Assembly (NCBI GenBank): GCA_964604105.1
Contig: CAZRXO010000001.1
Coordinates: 1-53,553, forward strand
Origin: Candidatus Woesearchaeota archaeon
GTDB lineage: Archaea; Nanobdellota; Nanobdellia; Pacearchaeales; GW2011-AR1
Direction of reading: 5' to 3'
Length of the DNA: 53,553 nucleotides
Position 1 is the first letter of the stretch; each line of letters begins with the position of its first letter. The notes below the pieces were generated by a model. It did no database searches. It had not been told where the DNA came from and worked only from the letters and a program-made list of their open reading frames with translations. The position numbers and the translations under genes were made by a program. Below are positions 1-8,274 of this stretch, piece by piece.

Positions 1-314
1 GAATAGTGTCTCAGATTCCCTCTCAGGGCCTCTCCGCTAAGAGCCCTTACGGATCTTCGGCTTGGTGGGCTATTACCCCGCCAACAACCTAATCCGCCGC
101 AGTCCCATCCTTGAGCACGAGTTTGAAAGACAAATCTTTCCAGGGTATGTCTTCTATCAAGTATTAGAGTCAGTTTCCCGACATTATCCTTGACTCAAGG
201 GTAGGTTAACTACGTGTTACTGAGCAGTTCGCCTTCACTCTATTTCTAAAGCAAAAAACTTGCATGTCTAAGTACAAACCAGAGAGCCGCAGCCGCTAGC
301 AGGATCAACTAGAT
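1..314 (-). rRNA. rrs: 16S rRNA gene, 5' ~310 nt only (remainder lies beyond window start)
   Basis: Reverse complement reads TCTAGTTGATCCTGCTAGCGGCTGCGG...GGCGAACTGCTCAGTAACACGTAG...CTGAGAGGGAATCTGAGACAC. This is the archaeal SSU 5' terminus plus the conserved CTCAGTAACACGT block. Confidence 0.9.
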
Positions 315-328
315 TTAAACTTCATCAA

Positions 329-349
329 TTATTTTGTAAATTGCTCGCT
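329..349 (-). promoter_or_regulatory. AGCGAGCA box plus A/T tract just upstream of the mature 16S 5' end; putative rRNA promoter
   Basis: Minus strand reads AGCGAGCAATTTACAAAATAA, then about 15 nt, then TCTAGTTGATCC. The same 8-mer precedes TATA boxes at 2031, 4241, 11933 and 21999. Confidence 0.4.
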
Positions 350-781
350 ATCGCTCGATTAATACTCGCTCCACATTCTGCTTCGCTTGAATGTTCTGCT
401 AAAAAAATAAATTATCACATTAACTTATTTTATCGACGGAAAATCCTGACGAAGTCGGATTTGAAGTTCATATAATTGTGAACGAAGTGAACGAATTTAA
501 TTAAATAATCTCCGCGCAATTTCAAATGTAAGTACATGAAATCACTTCACTCTACTCCTTACCATAGGCTCGACATAAATATTAGAACTACAACTATCAT
601 GACTGCTACTACAACCTCATACCTTAGATGATAATAATATTGTTAAGGCACTCATCTTAGTTATTTATTGTGGTGAATTTGGGTATATAAATGTTTTGGG
701 TGGAGAATTTTGTCGTCGGAGAATTTGAATTAATATTATGGTTTGTCGACGGGATTTTATTATGAAAAATGAAAAAGAAAG

Positions 782-790
782 TTTTATATA
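782..790 (+). promoter_or_regulatory. TATA box of the relBE-like operon
   Basis: TTTTATATA ends exactly 21 nt before ATG 812. Confidence 0.55.
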
Positions 791-811
791 ATTTAAGAAG
801 TTGAAATAAAT

Positions 812-1009
812 ATGGAACAACAAATAAATCCTCAAGAAATGATGTCTATGATAGTAAAACTTCAAGCACAAGTTAATAAATTGCAAGAAGAATTTGAAGA
901 TAATCAACTTACAACAGAGGACATTGAAGCTTTAGAACAAGCTGAAAAAGAATATCAAAATGGTGAAACAATTTCTCACGAGGAATTAAAAAAAGAACTT
1001 GAATTATAA
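812..1009 (+). CDS. Type II antitoxin (small acidic helical protein paired with a RelE-like toxin)
   Basis: 65 aa. C-terminal EALEQAEKEYQNGETISHEELKKELEL. Its stop overlaps the toxin start (TAATG). Confidence 0.6.
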   Translation: MEQQINPQEMMSMIVKLQAQVNKLQEEFEDNQLTTEDIEALEQAEKEYQNGETISHEELKKELEL

Positions 1010-1269
1010 TGTTTGATTTAGAATATTCAAATATTTCTAAAAAATTTCTTAAGAAATCAGATAAAACTTTAGCAAAAAGAATTATGGATAAAATTGAGAA
1101 ATTGCAAGAAAATTCTGTTCCTTCTGATGCTAAATTCATGGGGCGCGTCGATAACAACAAAGTTTTTAGAATTCGTGTTGGAGGTTATAGAATAATTTAC
1201 AGAATTAAAGATTCTGAAAAAGTAATTCTTGTTTCGCGAATTGGAAAAAGAAATGAAGTTTATGATTGA
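1009..1269 (+). CDS. relE: RelE/ParE-family toxin (mRNA interferase)
   Basis: 86 aa. FRIRVGGYRIIYRIKDSEKVILVSRIGKRNEVY matches the RelE/StbE core. Translationally coupled to the upstream antitoxin. Confidence 0.8.
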   Translation: MFDLEYSNISKKFLKKSDKTLAKRIMDKIEKLQENSVPSDAKFMGRVDNNKVFRIRVGGYRIIYRIKDSEKVILVSRIGKRNEVYD

Positions 1270-1303
1270 GTATTAATTTATAAGGGGTAACAAAAACGAA
1301 AGG

Positions 1304-1311
1304 TTTATATA
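1304..1311 (+). promoter_or_regulatory. TATA box
   Basis: TTTATATA ends 21 nt before ATG 1333. Preceded by a BRE-like AACGAAAGG. Confidence 0.55.
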
Positions 1312-1332
1312 GATTGATTTTGTGGATTTTTT

Positions 1333-1734
1333 ATGGAAAATGATAATGAATCAGTAAGCATGGTTGGAGTTTTGAAGGAATTATATCACGACATCCCAAA
1401 GTTTTTTAGAACAATGGTATTTTCTACAGCTCTGATAGTTGGAGGAATGGCAATTGACAGATATTTAATTCCATCTAGATCTTTTTTGCCCCCAAGCCAG
1501 AATACTAATCTAACTTCAATTGTTTGCCCTTCCAATTCAGAAGATCCTGCTGTGGCAATTTTTAAAGTAAGAAAACTATTAGATAAAAGTGATGGATTAA
1601 CAGAGGGTAGCTACCCAATTTACTTTAGAAAACATGTCGAACTTAAACAAGACCCAAATAAAATTTATCCAGATGGAACAGAAATTCCTTATACTAAATT
1701 AGTTCATGAAACTAGATGGTTTTCCCATAGATAA
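1333..1734 (+). CDS. Hypothetical membrane-anchored protein
   Basis: 133-aa ORF with one hydrophobic segment (FRTMVFSTALIVGGMAI). Own TATA at canonical spacing. No recognisable family. Confidence 0.5.
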   Translation: MENDNESVSMVGVLKELYHDIPKFFRTMVFSTALIVGGMAIDRYLIPSRSFLPPSQNTNLTSIVCPSNSEDPAVAIFKVRKLLDKSDGLTEGSYPIYFRKHVELKQDPNKIYPDGTEIPYTKLVHETRWFSHR

Positions 1735-1974
1735 ATGTTAATTGATTCAAAAAATAAAATGAATACAAAAAAATTAGAATCTATTTTAAGTAATTCAAAA
1801 TCATTTTTAAATTTACTTTTAGTTCCAACCTCTTTTGTAAAGAAGGCTGGAGAGATATATAAAAAAACAAATTACAATTACGATTCCAAGTCTTTAATGT
1901 ATATTGCTTTTATAGGAGAAACGGCTCGAGCCGTTTTTTATGCAGAACTTGCATGTAAATTTATTAATAACTAA
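1735..1974 (+). CDS. Hypothetical small protein
   Basis: 79-aa ORF starting immediately after the stop of the previous gene. No recognisable motif. Confidence 0.4.
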   Translation: MLIDSKNKMNTKKLESILSNSKSFLNLLLVPTSFVKKAGEIYKKTNYNYDSKSLMYIAFIGETARAVFYAELACKFINN

Positions 1975-2030
1975 TCCTCCAAGCGAACAATTTATTATTT
2001 CATAAATTGTGTACCACATTTTCGAGTGTG

Positions 2031-2047
2031 AGCGAGCATTTTAAATA
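2031..2047 (+). promoter_or_regulatory. AGCGAGCA box directly abutting a TATA box
   Basis: AGCGAGCATTTTAAATA. The TATA ends 21 nt before ATG 2069. Confidence 0.55.
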
Positions 2048-2068
2048 TTCCCCTCTCTTCTGAATTTA

Positions 2069-2518
2069 ATGAATTTGGATGAGTATGAACGCAAGAGAGA
2101 TTTTCAAAAATCTGGTGAACCATCAAAAAGAATAATTGACCATATGAAGAAACATATTTTTGTTGTGCACGAGCATCATGCATCGCATTTACATTGGGAC
2201 TTGCGGTTGCAGATTCGTAATGTTTTGAGGTCGTGGGCGGTTCCGAAACAGCCTCCTAGAAGTAAGAATTTGAAAAGACTTGCTATCGAAGTTGAGGATC
2301 ATCCAATGAGCTATGCAGATTTTGAGGGAGAAATTCCTGAGGGAAATTATGGTGCTGGACAAGTTAAAATTTGGGATAAAGGCGAGTTGAGAATTATTGA
2401 AATGGATGATAAAAAAATTGAGTTTGAACTTCGTGGAAGAAAATTATTAGGAAGATATGTTTTGATTCGAGCAAAGCTTGGTGGCGATAATAAAAATTGG
2501 TTGTTGATGAAAGTTTGA
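2069..2518 (+). CDS. Stand-alone LigD-type 3'-phosphoesterase (PE) domain protein
   Basis: FVVHEHHASHLHWDLRLQ, LRSWAVPKQPP, VEDHPMSYADFEGEIPEGNYGAGQVKIWDKG and GRYVLIR are hallmark DNA ligase D PE-domain motifs. Confidence 0.85.
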   Translation: MNLDEYERKRDFQKSGEPSKRIIDHMKKHIFVVHEHHASHLHWDLRLQIRNVLRSWAVPKQPPRSKNLKRLAIEVEDHPMSYADFEGEIPEGNYGAGQVKIWDKGELRIIEMDDKKIEFELRGRKLLGRYVLIRAKLGGDNKNWLLMKV

Positions 2519-2523
2519 GGTGA

Positions 2524-2814
2524 TTGATGGAAAATACATTTGAGATAATAGATAAAACTGGAAGAAAGATAAGATTGACACAAAAGCAGTGGACACATAT
2601 GACTAAAAAGCATCCTTATATTGAAAAGTATTTAGAAGAGATTAAACAAACTCTCAAAAACCCAGATAAAATTCTTAAGAACGAAGATAAAGGATATTAC
2701 TATAAATATTATAAATATCTTAAAAAACCGAATAGGTTTATTTTAGTTATAGTTAAATATTTAAATAATGAAGGATTCATTATAACAACTTATTTAGAAT
2801 CAAAAATAAAATGA
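2524..2814 (+). CDS. Putative toxin (DUF4258/BECR-fold-like small RNase) paired with a DUF2283 protein
   Basis: 96 aa. Has W-x-H(x3)KHP and a C-terminal VIVKYLNNEGFIITTY pattern. GAGGTGA lies upstream. 4-nt overlap with the DUF2283-like gene. Confidence 0.4.
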   Translation: MMENTFEIIDKTGRKIRLTQKQWTHMTKKHPYIEKYLEEIKQTLKNPDKILKNEDKGYYYKYYKYLKKPNRFILVIVKYLNNEGFIITTYLESKIK

Positions 2815-3059
2815 CAAATCAAACATATGACATTTACTACGACAATGAAGGGGATTTTTTAGAACTTAGTTTTGGAGAACCTGCTCAAGAAGGGACTACT
2901 GAAGAAATTGAAAAAGGGATTTTTATAACAAAAGATGTTTCAAGTAATGAAATTAGAAATATTGGAATTCTTGATTTTAAAAAAAGAGTTGAAGTTTTGA
3001 AGAGAATTTTGCAGAAAGTTAATTTAGATTTTCCGTTGAAAATAAGTATTGCTGATTAA
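2811..3059 (+). CDS. DUF2283-family protein (putative antitoxin)
   Basis: N-terminal YDIYYDNEGDFLELSFGEP matches the DUF2283 signature (YD-x-E-x-D-x-L). Overlaps the upstream gene by ATGA. Confidence 0.55.
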   Translation: MTNQTYDIYYDNEGDFLELSFGEPAQEGTTEEIEKGIFITKDVSSNEIRNIGILDFKKRVEVLKRILQKVNLDFPLKISIAD

Positions 3060-3261
3060 GAATATAAAACTGAATCTGCTGTTTAAAGTTAATTTTTCTG
3101 CTTTGAAAGTTTAGCTCGCTGTCGCGAGAATAATCTCATCTTCGAAATCGGCTCTGTCAGATTTCTCCGATAATAAATCTGTTAAAACGAAAAGCCTAAC
3201 GAAGTCGGTTTTGAGTCATTATATCTACGAACATGTGGGTTGAAATTTTAGAAATGTATAT

Positions 3262-4200
3262 TTAAACACCAAACTCAGCACCCTTTTCTTTTTCACTAAA
3301 CCTTTTGATTTTCTGGGGATTTGGTTTTTCGTCCTCTTCGCTGGTCCAAATTTCTAAATCTGGAATTTTTGAAGTATCCATCTTTCTTGCTTTCATGTAT
3401 TCTCGAGTAAGTAAGTAGAAAATTACTCCTAAACTTTTTGGAGATTTGTTGTTTCCAATTATGATTTGGTCTGCACCTTTTGCAAAATTATTTGTGTCGC
3501 AAACCATTAAGATTTTCTTTTTTACATTTAGTGTATCTATTAAAGCATTTTTATCTAGCCATGAATCTATTACAATTGTTAATTCGTTCTCGAAGAAATC
3601 CTCGAGGTTCGTGTTTGTTAAAATTCCTGCTGGATATTTTTTTGTGAATGCCCTTATTCCTGTTAATGCTGCGAACATTTTTGCTGCTTTCCAACCTGCT
3701 TGTCTTTTGCAAGCGAGAATCACGTCTTTCGGCTCAAACTTTGCTAAAAATTCTCCAGCCTCTTTTAATTTCTCGTCGATAATATCTGTATTAAAAATTG
3801 CTAATCCATCTGCTCTTCTTCTGTAAATATATTTTTTCATTTCAGGTGTTACAACTCTTGTTCCAAGATAGATTCCTGATTTAACATATTCTTCTAAAGG
3901 AATTAACATTTCTGTTTTCTTTTTTCCCTTAACTTGTTCTTTTAATGCCTCTGTTTCTGTGGTGTCAACTTTCTTTGAAAGTTCTTTTACTTTTTCAAGA
4001 AGTGCTTTCTTTTTTGCCTCAATGATTTTCTTTTCTTCTTTTGGGTCAACTGATTCTAATTCTGCTTTTTTTGCTAATTCTTTGTCTTGTTTTTTAGGTT
4101 TCTTTTTTAATATTTTTTCTTCTACTTTTTCAATTTCTTCTTCAATAACTTCTTCAGTTTTCTTTACTGCTTCTTTGATTTCATCAATTACTTTTGGCAT
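3262..4200 (-). CDS. rps2: 30S ribosomal protein uS2 with a ~97-aa Lys/Glu-rich N-terminal extension
   Basis: Core from MLIPLEEYVKSGIYLGTRV...YIYRRRADGLAIFN...PAGILTNT matches archaeal S2. The extension is an uninterrupted ORF reaching a canonical TATA. Confidence 0.9.
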   Translation of the reverse strand: MPKVIDEIKEAVKKTEEVIEEEIEKVEEKILKKKPKKQDKELAKKAELESVDPKEEKKIIEAKKKALLEKVKELSKKVDTTETEALKEQVKGKKKTEMLIPLEEYVKSGIYLGTRVVTPEMKKYIYRRRADGLAIFNTDIIDEKLKEAGEFLAKFEPKDVILACKRQAGWKAAKMFAALTGIRAFTKKYPAGILTNTNLEDFFENELTIVIDSWLDKNALIDTLNVKKKILMVCDTNNFAKGADQIIIGNNKSPKSLGVIFYLLTREYMKARKMDTSKIPDLEIWTSEEDEKPNPQKIKRFSEKEKGAEFGV

Positions 4201-4221
4201 AGAAAATTAGAGGGATTTTGG

Positions 4222-4241
4222 TTTTTAAAGTTTTGCTCGCT
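4222..4241 (-). promoter_or_regulatory. AGCGAGCA box plus TATA box of rps2
   Basis: Minus strand reads AGCGAGCAAAACTTTAAAAA. The TATA ends 21 nt before ATG at 4200. Confidence 0.55.
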
Positions 4242-4417
4242 TTGCGAGATATTAATTACTCACAATCTGGCTTTGCCAAGATTGTTCGCTTAGGGAAATT
4301 TAGTTATATTGGAAAATACTTCACTAAATTGTCCAACTTATCACAATGTTGTGAGATTTATTTTAGGATTAATAGTTTTCTTAACAGAACACTCTGACGA
4401 AGTCGAATGTGAGAATA

Positions 4418-5608
4418 TTATCTTTTAGAAACAAATTTCTCAATCTCAATCAATCTCTTAATTTTACTTTCTCTTTCTTTTCCTGTAATTCCTATTTTAA
4501 AGAAGTCGGCCTGAAAACCAAATGCTAAATCAGCGAGGATGTTTTCGTCTGTTTCCCCGCTTCTGTGCGAGAAAACTAATTTAATATTGTGTTTATTTGC
4601 AAGGTCGCAAACTCTTTTTACTTCTATGAGTGAACCACATTGATTTGGTTTTACAATTATTGCATTGATTGATTTTTCTTCAATTGCTCTTTTTAATCTT
4701 TTTGAATTTGTAACTGTTAAATCATCTCCGACAATTAATGATTCAGGGTGTTTTTTTAGGAGTTTTGCAAAACTATCAAAATCATTTTCTTCAAAGGGAT
4801 CTTCAATGTAAATTAAATCTAAATTTTTTATTAGATTTGAAAGGTAGAATAATTGTTCATTAATTGTTCTCCTTAACATTGGATTTTTGTAATGATAATT
4901 TTTTCTTTTGTAAAACCCCGAGGCTGCAATATCTGTTCCTAAAGGAAGGCTTAATTTTTTTAATAAATCTAAAACTTGTTTTTCATTTAATGAGGTTGTC
5001 CAAGCACTTTCGTCGTTCTTTTTTGAATTAAAATTTTTATCTTCTTTTTTTAAGAAAACCTCTGCTTGTTTTTGGGCTTTTTTATTTTGTTCCCATGATT
5101 TTTTTGGGGAATTTATTTTAGGAATTAAAAGAAATTCTTGAAAGTCTGGTTTTTTATTGTTTAAATCTTTTGAGTGTTTTGCTCCTCCAATGCAGTTCTG
5201 AACTAATCTTGGGAATTTAGGCCTCTTTGCTTTAGCAGAAAGATCATGCGAGATTACTATCTCCCAAATTTGTTTTTTGTGTTCTTTTGCTAAGGATTTT
5301 AATGTTGCATATTGTAAAGCAAGAACTGTGTTTCCACCTACATGGCCTGCTAATGTATCTTCGATTATTTTCAGGTCTGCGAATTGGTCGATGATTTCTT
5401 CTTCAAAATAATCTGAGAATTTTTTTAAAGTTCTGATATCTTCTTCTAAAGATTTTTTATATAATTTAACTTCGAACGTTCCTGTTGATTTTCCTTGAGG
5501 AGACGATGCTTTAAAATTTCCAAAATCTGTTTTTATTGAGACTTCTATTGTTTTTTCTCCTCGAGAATCTTTGATAGCTTTTGCTGATACCCCTTTAATT
5601 ACAACCAT
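4418..5608 (-). CDS. eno: Enolase (short, divergent)
   Basis: KDSRGEKTIEV, IEDPFEENDF, GDDLTVTN, KPNQCGSL and SHRSGETDENILADLA are enolase motifs. Sits in the conserved archaeal rpoK-eno-rps2 neighbourhood. Confidence 0.8.
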   Translation of the reverse strand: MVVIKGVSAKAIKDSRGEKTIEVSIKTDFGNFKASSPQGKSTGTFEVKLYKKSLEEDIRTLKKFSDYFEEEIIDQFADLKIIEDTLAGHVGGNTVLALQYATLKSLAKEHKKQIWEIVISHDLSAKAKRPKFPRLVQNCIGGAKHSKDLNNKKPDFQEFLLIPKINSPKKSWEQNKKAQKQAEVFLKKEDKNFNSKKNDESAWTTSLNEKQVLDLLKKLSLPLGTDIAASGFYKRKNYHYKNPMLRRTINEQLFYLSNLIKNLDLIYIEDPFEENDFDSFAKLLKKHPESLIVGDDLTVTNSKRLKRAIEEKSINAIIVKPNQCGSLIEVKRVCDLANKHNIKLVFSHRSGETDENILADLAFGFQADFFKIGITGKERESKIKRLIEIEKFVSKR

Positions 5609-5629
5609 AATGAGAGAAAGTTGGTTTGG

Positions 5630-5637
5630 TTTATATA
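5630..5637 (-). promoter_or_regulatory. TATA box of eno
   Basis: Minus strand TATATAAA ends 21 nt before ATG at 5608. Confidence 0.55.
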
Positions 5638-5765
5638 GATTATTGTTTGGGGATATTATGTTACTTCACATTAGACTTCGTCAGAATGTTTCGCTGAAGA
5701 AAACTATTATCTAGAAATTAAATTTCAAATATATTATTTGAATATCTAAAGATTATTAATTAGAA

Positions 5766-6155
5766 CTAATTTTGAATATCTCTATATTCCTTTAAAACTC
5801 TTGTAAGATTGGCAACAGGTTTTATTTTTTCTTTTTCTTCAAGAGTAATTTTTGTTCCTGCTCTGTTTGGATCATTAAATGCTGTATTAAGAAAACTAAT
5901 TCCTCCTTCAACATTACTTTCAAGTGCTAAGTTAACTGCATCATACAACCCCTTTAATTTTTCAGTAGGAATTGTACACAACCAATTTTCTCCCAATTCT
6001 CTCGAAGCTAATAAAAAAGGTAACTCAAGACCATTAAAAAGTCTGTGGCTATATCTTCCGTCATGTTGTGCAGCTTCAAATCCTGCTTTGTGAACTCTAT
6101 CATAAATATCTGCAAATCCAAACACAATTGTATCTGTTAATTGTCTTCTATCCAT
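5766..6155 (-). CDS. Hypothetical protein (orphan inserted between rpoK and eno)
   Basis: 129-aa ORF, not low-complexity. Own TATA (GTTTAAAAG, 6177-6185) 21 nt upstream of the ATG. Confidence 0.55.
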   Translation of the reverse strand: MDRRQLTDTIVFGFADIYDRVHKAGFEAAQHDGRYSHRLFNGLELPFLLASRELGENWLCTIPTEKLKGLYDAVNLALESNVEGGISFLNTAFNDPNRAGTKITLEEKEKIKPVANLTRVLKEYRDIQN

Positions 6156-6189
6156 AAACTCTGAGAATTAAATTATCTTTTAAACTTTT

Positions 6190-6561
6190 CTATTCTTCAT
6201 TACCACCGAAATCTTCGTCTTCATCGTCATCGTCATCTTTTGCAAGAGCCATGATATCGCCTTCCTTGGCGATTTCTTCTTCTTCTTCAATTTCTAAGGC
6301 TTCTTTTGTTTCATCACTAATTTTTATTTCCTTTGCTCTTTTTAATTTTTCTTTCTTTTTTATAGGGAAAGGTTTCTTAATCGAAATCGGTAAAACATCT
6401 GATTTTAATTCTGTCTCTGCAATTTTCAAAGCATCGAATTTTATTTTTTCTAAATCTTCCTGAGAAATTTTTATTAATAACGGGGCATTCATTGCGATTT
6501 GCAATGCTCGTGCTCCAAGAACCCTCGCTGTTTCATATTTTGTAAGTTCTGTGTGTTTCAT
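6190..6561 (-). CDS. rpoK: RNA polymerase subunit Rpo6/K with a ~55-aa charged C-terminal tail
   Basis: LTKYETARVLGARALQIAMNAPLLIK is the RpoK/Rpb6 core. The tail ends in DDDDDEDEDFGGNEE. Confidence 0.85.
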   Translation of the reverse strand: MKHTELTKYETARVLGARALQIAMNAPLLIKISQEDLEKIKFDALKIAETELKSDVLPISIKKPFPIKKKEKLKRAKEIKISDETKEALEIEEEEEIAKEGDIMALAKDDDDDEDEDFGGNEE

Positions 6562-6591
6562 TTTTATTTATATCTCTCTGGGTTTATTCAA

Positions 6592-6777
6592 TCAAATTCC
6601 TGCGACAGCGACTAATCCGCCGGCACATGCAACCATAAATGAATAACTTGCATATTTTGGTTCATTAAATTCTGATATTAAACATGCTGATGAACCAAAT
6701 ACTCCATAAGTAGCTACTCCCTCCAAAAATAAAGCTTCAGATAACTTTTCTATTTTAGAGATTTTTCCTTTTTTCAT
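6592..6777 (-). CDS. Small hydrophobic protein (hypothetical)
   Basis: ORF trimmed to the internal Met (MKKGKISK...) so that it starts 1 nt after the rrp42 stop. C-terminal hydrophobic segments present. Confidence 0.35.
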   Translation of the reverse strand: MKKGKISKIEKLSEALFLEGVATYGVFGSSACLISEFNEPKYASYSFMVACAGGLVAVAGI

Positions 6778-6778
6778 T

Positions 6779-7585
6779 TTATTTAATATATTTTTCAATC
6801 TTTTTAAATAATTCTTTCCACGCGGGTTCAACTAAATCTAAAACTTGATTCATTTCCTCTATTGTTAATGCGTGTTCTTCTCCTTTTTGCATTGAAGAAA
6901 TTGAACCATGTGACGAGCCAATTGTTATTCTTGTGTCTGTTACATCTTCTTCTTCACGAGTGGGGTCAACAATTACTTTGTCTCCGATTTTGTGGAAGGT
7001 GATTGAAATTGGAAGAATATCTGTTAGTGGGAGTTTTTTATCTGTGAATTCTCCGTAAAGAACTTTTCCTGTTTTCTCGTCGTATTTTGGGAATCGCGCG
7101 GTTTTCATCGCTATAATTGCGGCCAAACCTGCAGCATCCAATAAATTTCCGTCGTCGTTTATTGTATAGATGTCAACGAAAACAGTCCACACTTTTTCTC
7201 CTTCTTTTATTACTAATTTTTTGAAATCTAAGAACTTGCTTTCTCTTAATGCCCTATCAATTACTCTGCTTAATTCAATTGCTGGGAATCTTGGCGGGCC
7301 TGCTTCAAATCTTTCAGAGCTTAGTGGAAGCAATTCTCCAGTAACCATGAAGTTTCCTTGATCAAGAGAATCAGGATAAGGTTCTCCGACGCCCATTTTC
7401 ACCCCTGCAACTACTTCTGTTTTTCCGATTCTTACCCTCGCCGAACCTTCTGCATTTTTTGAAATTCCTGTTTCAATTTCAATGTTTCTGAATTCAGTTA
7501 ATTTTCTTGAATCGAATCTTTTTTCTTCTTGCAAATATTTTCTAATTCTCTCCGCTGTTAATTTTGATGTTTCCATTTTAATCAA
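6779..7585 (-). CDS. rrp42: Exosome complex subunit Rrp42 (inactive RNase PH-like)
   Basis: RFDSRKLTEFRNIEIETG...AEGSARVRIGKTEVVAGVK. Follows rrp41 with an 8-nt overlap. Confidence 0.85.
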   Translation of the reverse strand: MIKMETSKLTAERIRKYLQEEKRFDSRKLTEFRNIEIETGISKNAEGSARVRIGKTEVVAGVKMGVGEPYPDSLDQGNFMVTGELLPLSSERFEAGPPRFPAIELSRVIDRALRESKFLDFKKLVIKEGEKVWTVFVDIYTINDDGNLLDAAGLAAIIAMKTARFPKYDEKTGKVLYGEFTDKKLPLTDILPISITFHKIGDKVIVDPTREEEDVTDTRITIGSSHGSISSMQKGEEHALTIEEMNQVLDLVEPAWKELFKKIEKYIK

Positions 7586-8273
7586 AAGCCTCCTTCAATG
7601 CTTTTTTCTGAACTTCATAAATTTGTTGTGTTGCTTTTCTTGCCATTTCAATAACTTCTTTTAATTGTTTTGAAGAGATTTTACCGTCAAGTTGCATGTG
7701 TGTTATTTTTCCTGAGGCAGTCATTGTTATTGGAATGTCTGTTGAACCTTCGCCGTCTGGATAATGTTCTTCTTCTTTGTCTATGTCTAAAACTAAAGTT
7801 GTGTCGAGTTTTCCGCAAGCAACACTTGAAACTATTTCTCTCATTGGGATTCCTGCGTGCGCTAAAGCCATTGCTGCTGCATTGATTCCTGCGCATCGTG
7901 TTCCTGCATCTGCTTGAATAATATGTATGTGCACGTCGACAACTTGGTTTGGAAATTTGTGTAAATCAATAACAGGTAATAAAGCCCATTCAATTATTTT
8001 GTCGAGTTCCATTGCTCGTCTGTTTTTTCCGGGTCGTGCTCGTTCTTCAACTGAAAAACTTCCGAGAGTATAATTGCATCTTAATGTTCCTCTTTCTGCA
8101 TCTCGTTGATTTCGTGGGTGCATTTCTTTTGGTCCGTAAACTGCAGCGAGGGCAATTGTCCCGCCTTGTTGCCACATTGCTGACCCTTGAGCATTTGGAA
8201 TTATTCCAACCTTCGCTGAGAATGGTCGCATCTCGTCGGGTTTTCTATTGTTTTGTCTTTTTAGTGTTGCCAT
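7578..8273 (-). CDS. rrp41: Exosome complex exonuclease Rrp41 (RNase PH)
   Basis: RKPDEMRPFSAKVGIIPNAQGSAMWQQGGTIALAAVYGPKE and DAGTRCAGINAAAMALA are RNase PH motifs. Confidence 0.9.
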   Translation of the reverse strand: MATLKRQNNRKPDEMRPFSAKVGIIPNAQGSAMWQQGGTIALAAVYGPKEMHPRNQRDAERGTLRCNYTLGSFSVEERARPGKNRRAMELDKIIEWALLPVIDLHKFPNQVVDVHIHIIQADAGTRCAGINAAAMALAHAGIPMREIVSSVACGKLDTTLVLDIDKEEEHYPDGEGSTDIPITMTASGKITHMQLDGKISSKQLKEVIEMARKATQQIYEVQKKALKEAFD

Positions 8274-8274
8274 T

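Noticed and set aside
3446-4210. 126-aa and 83-aa plus-strand ORFs
   Set aside because: Antisense to rps2, with the same shadow-ORF explanation.
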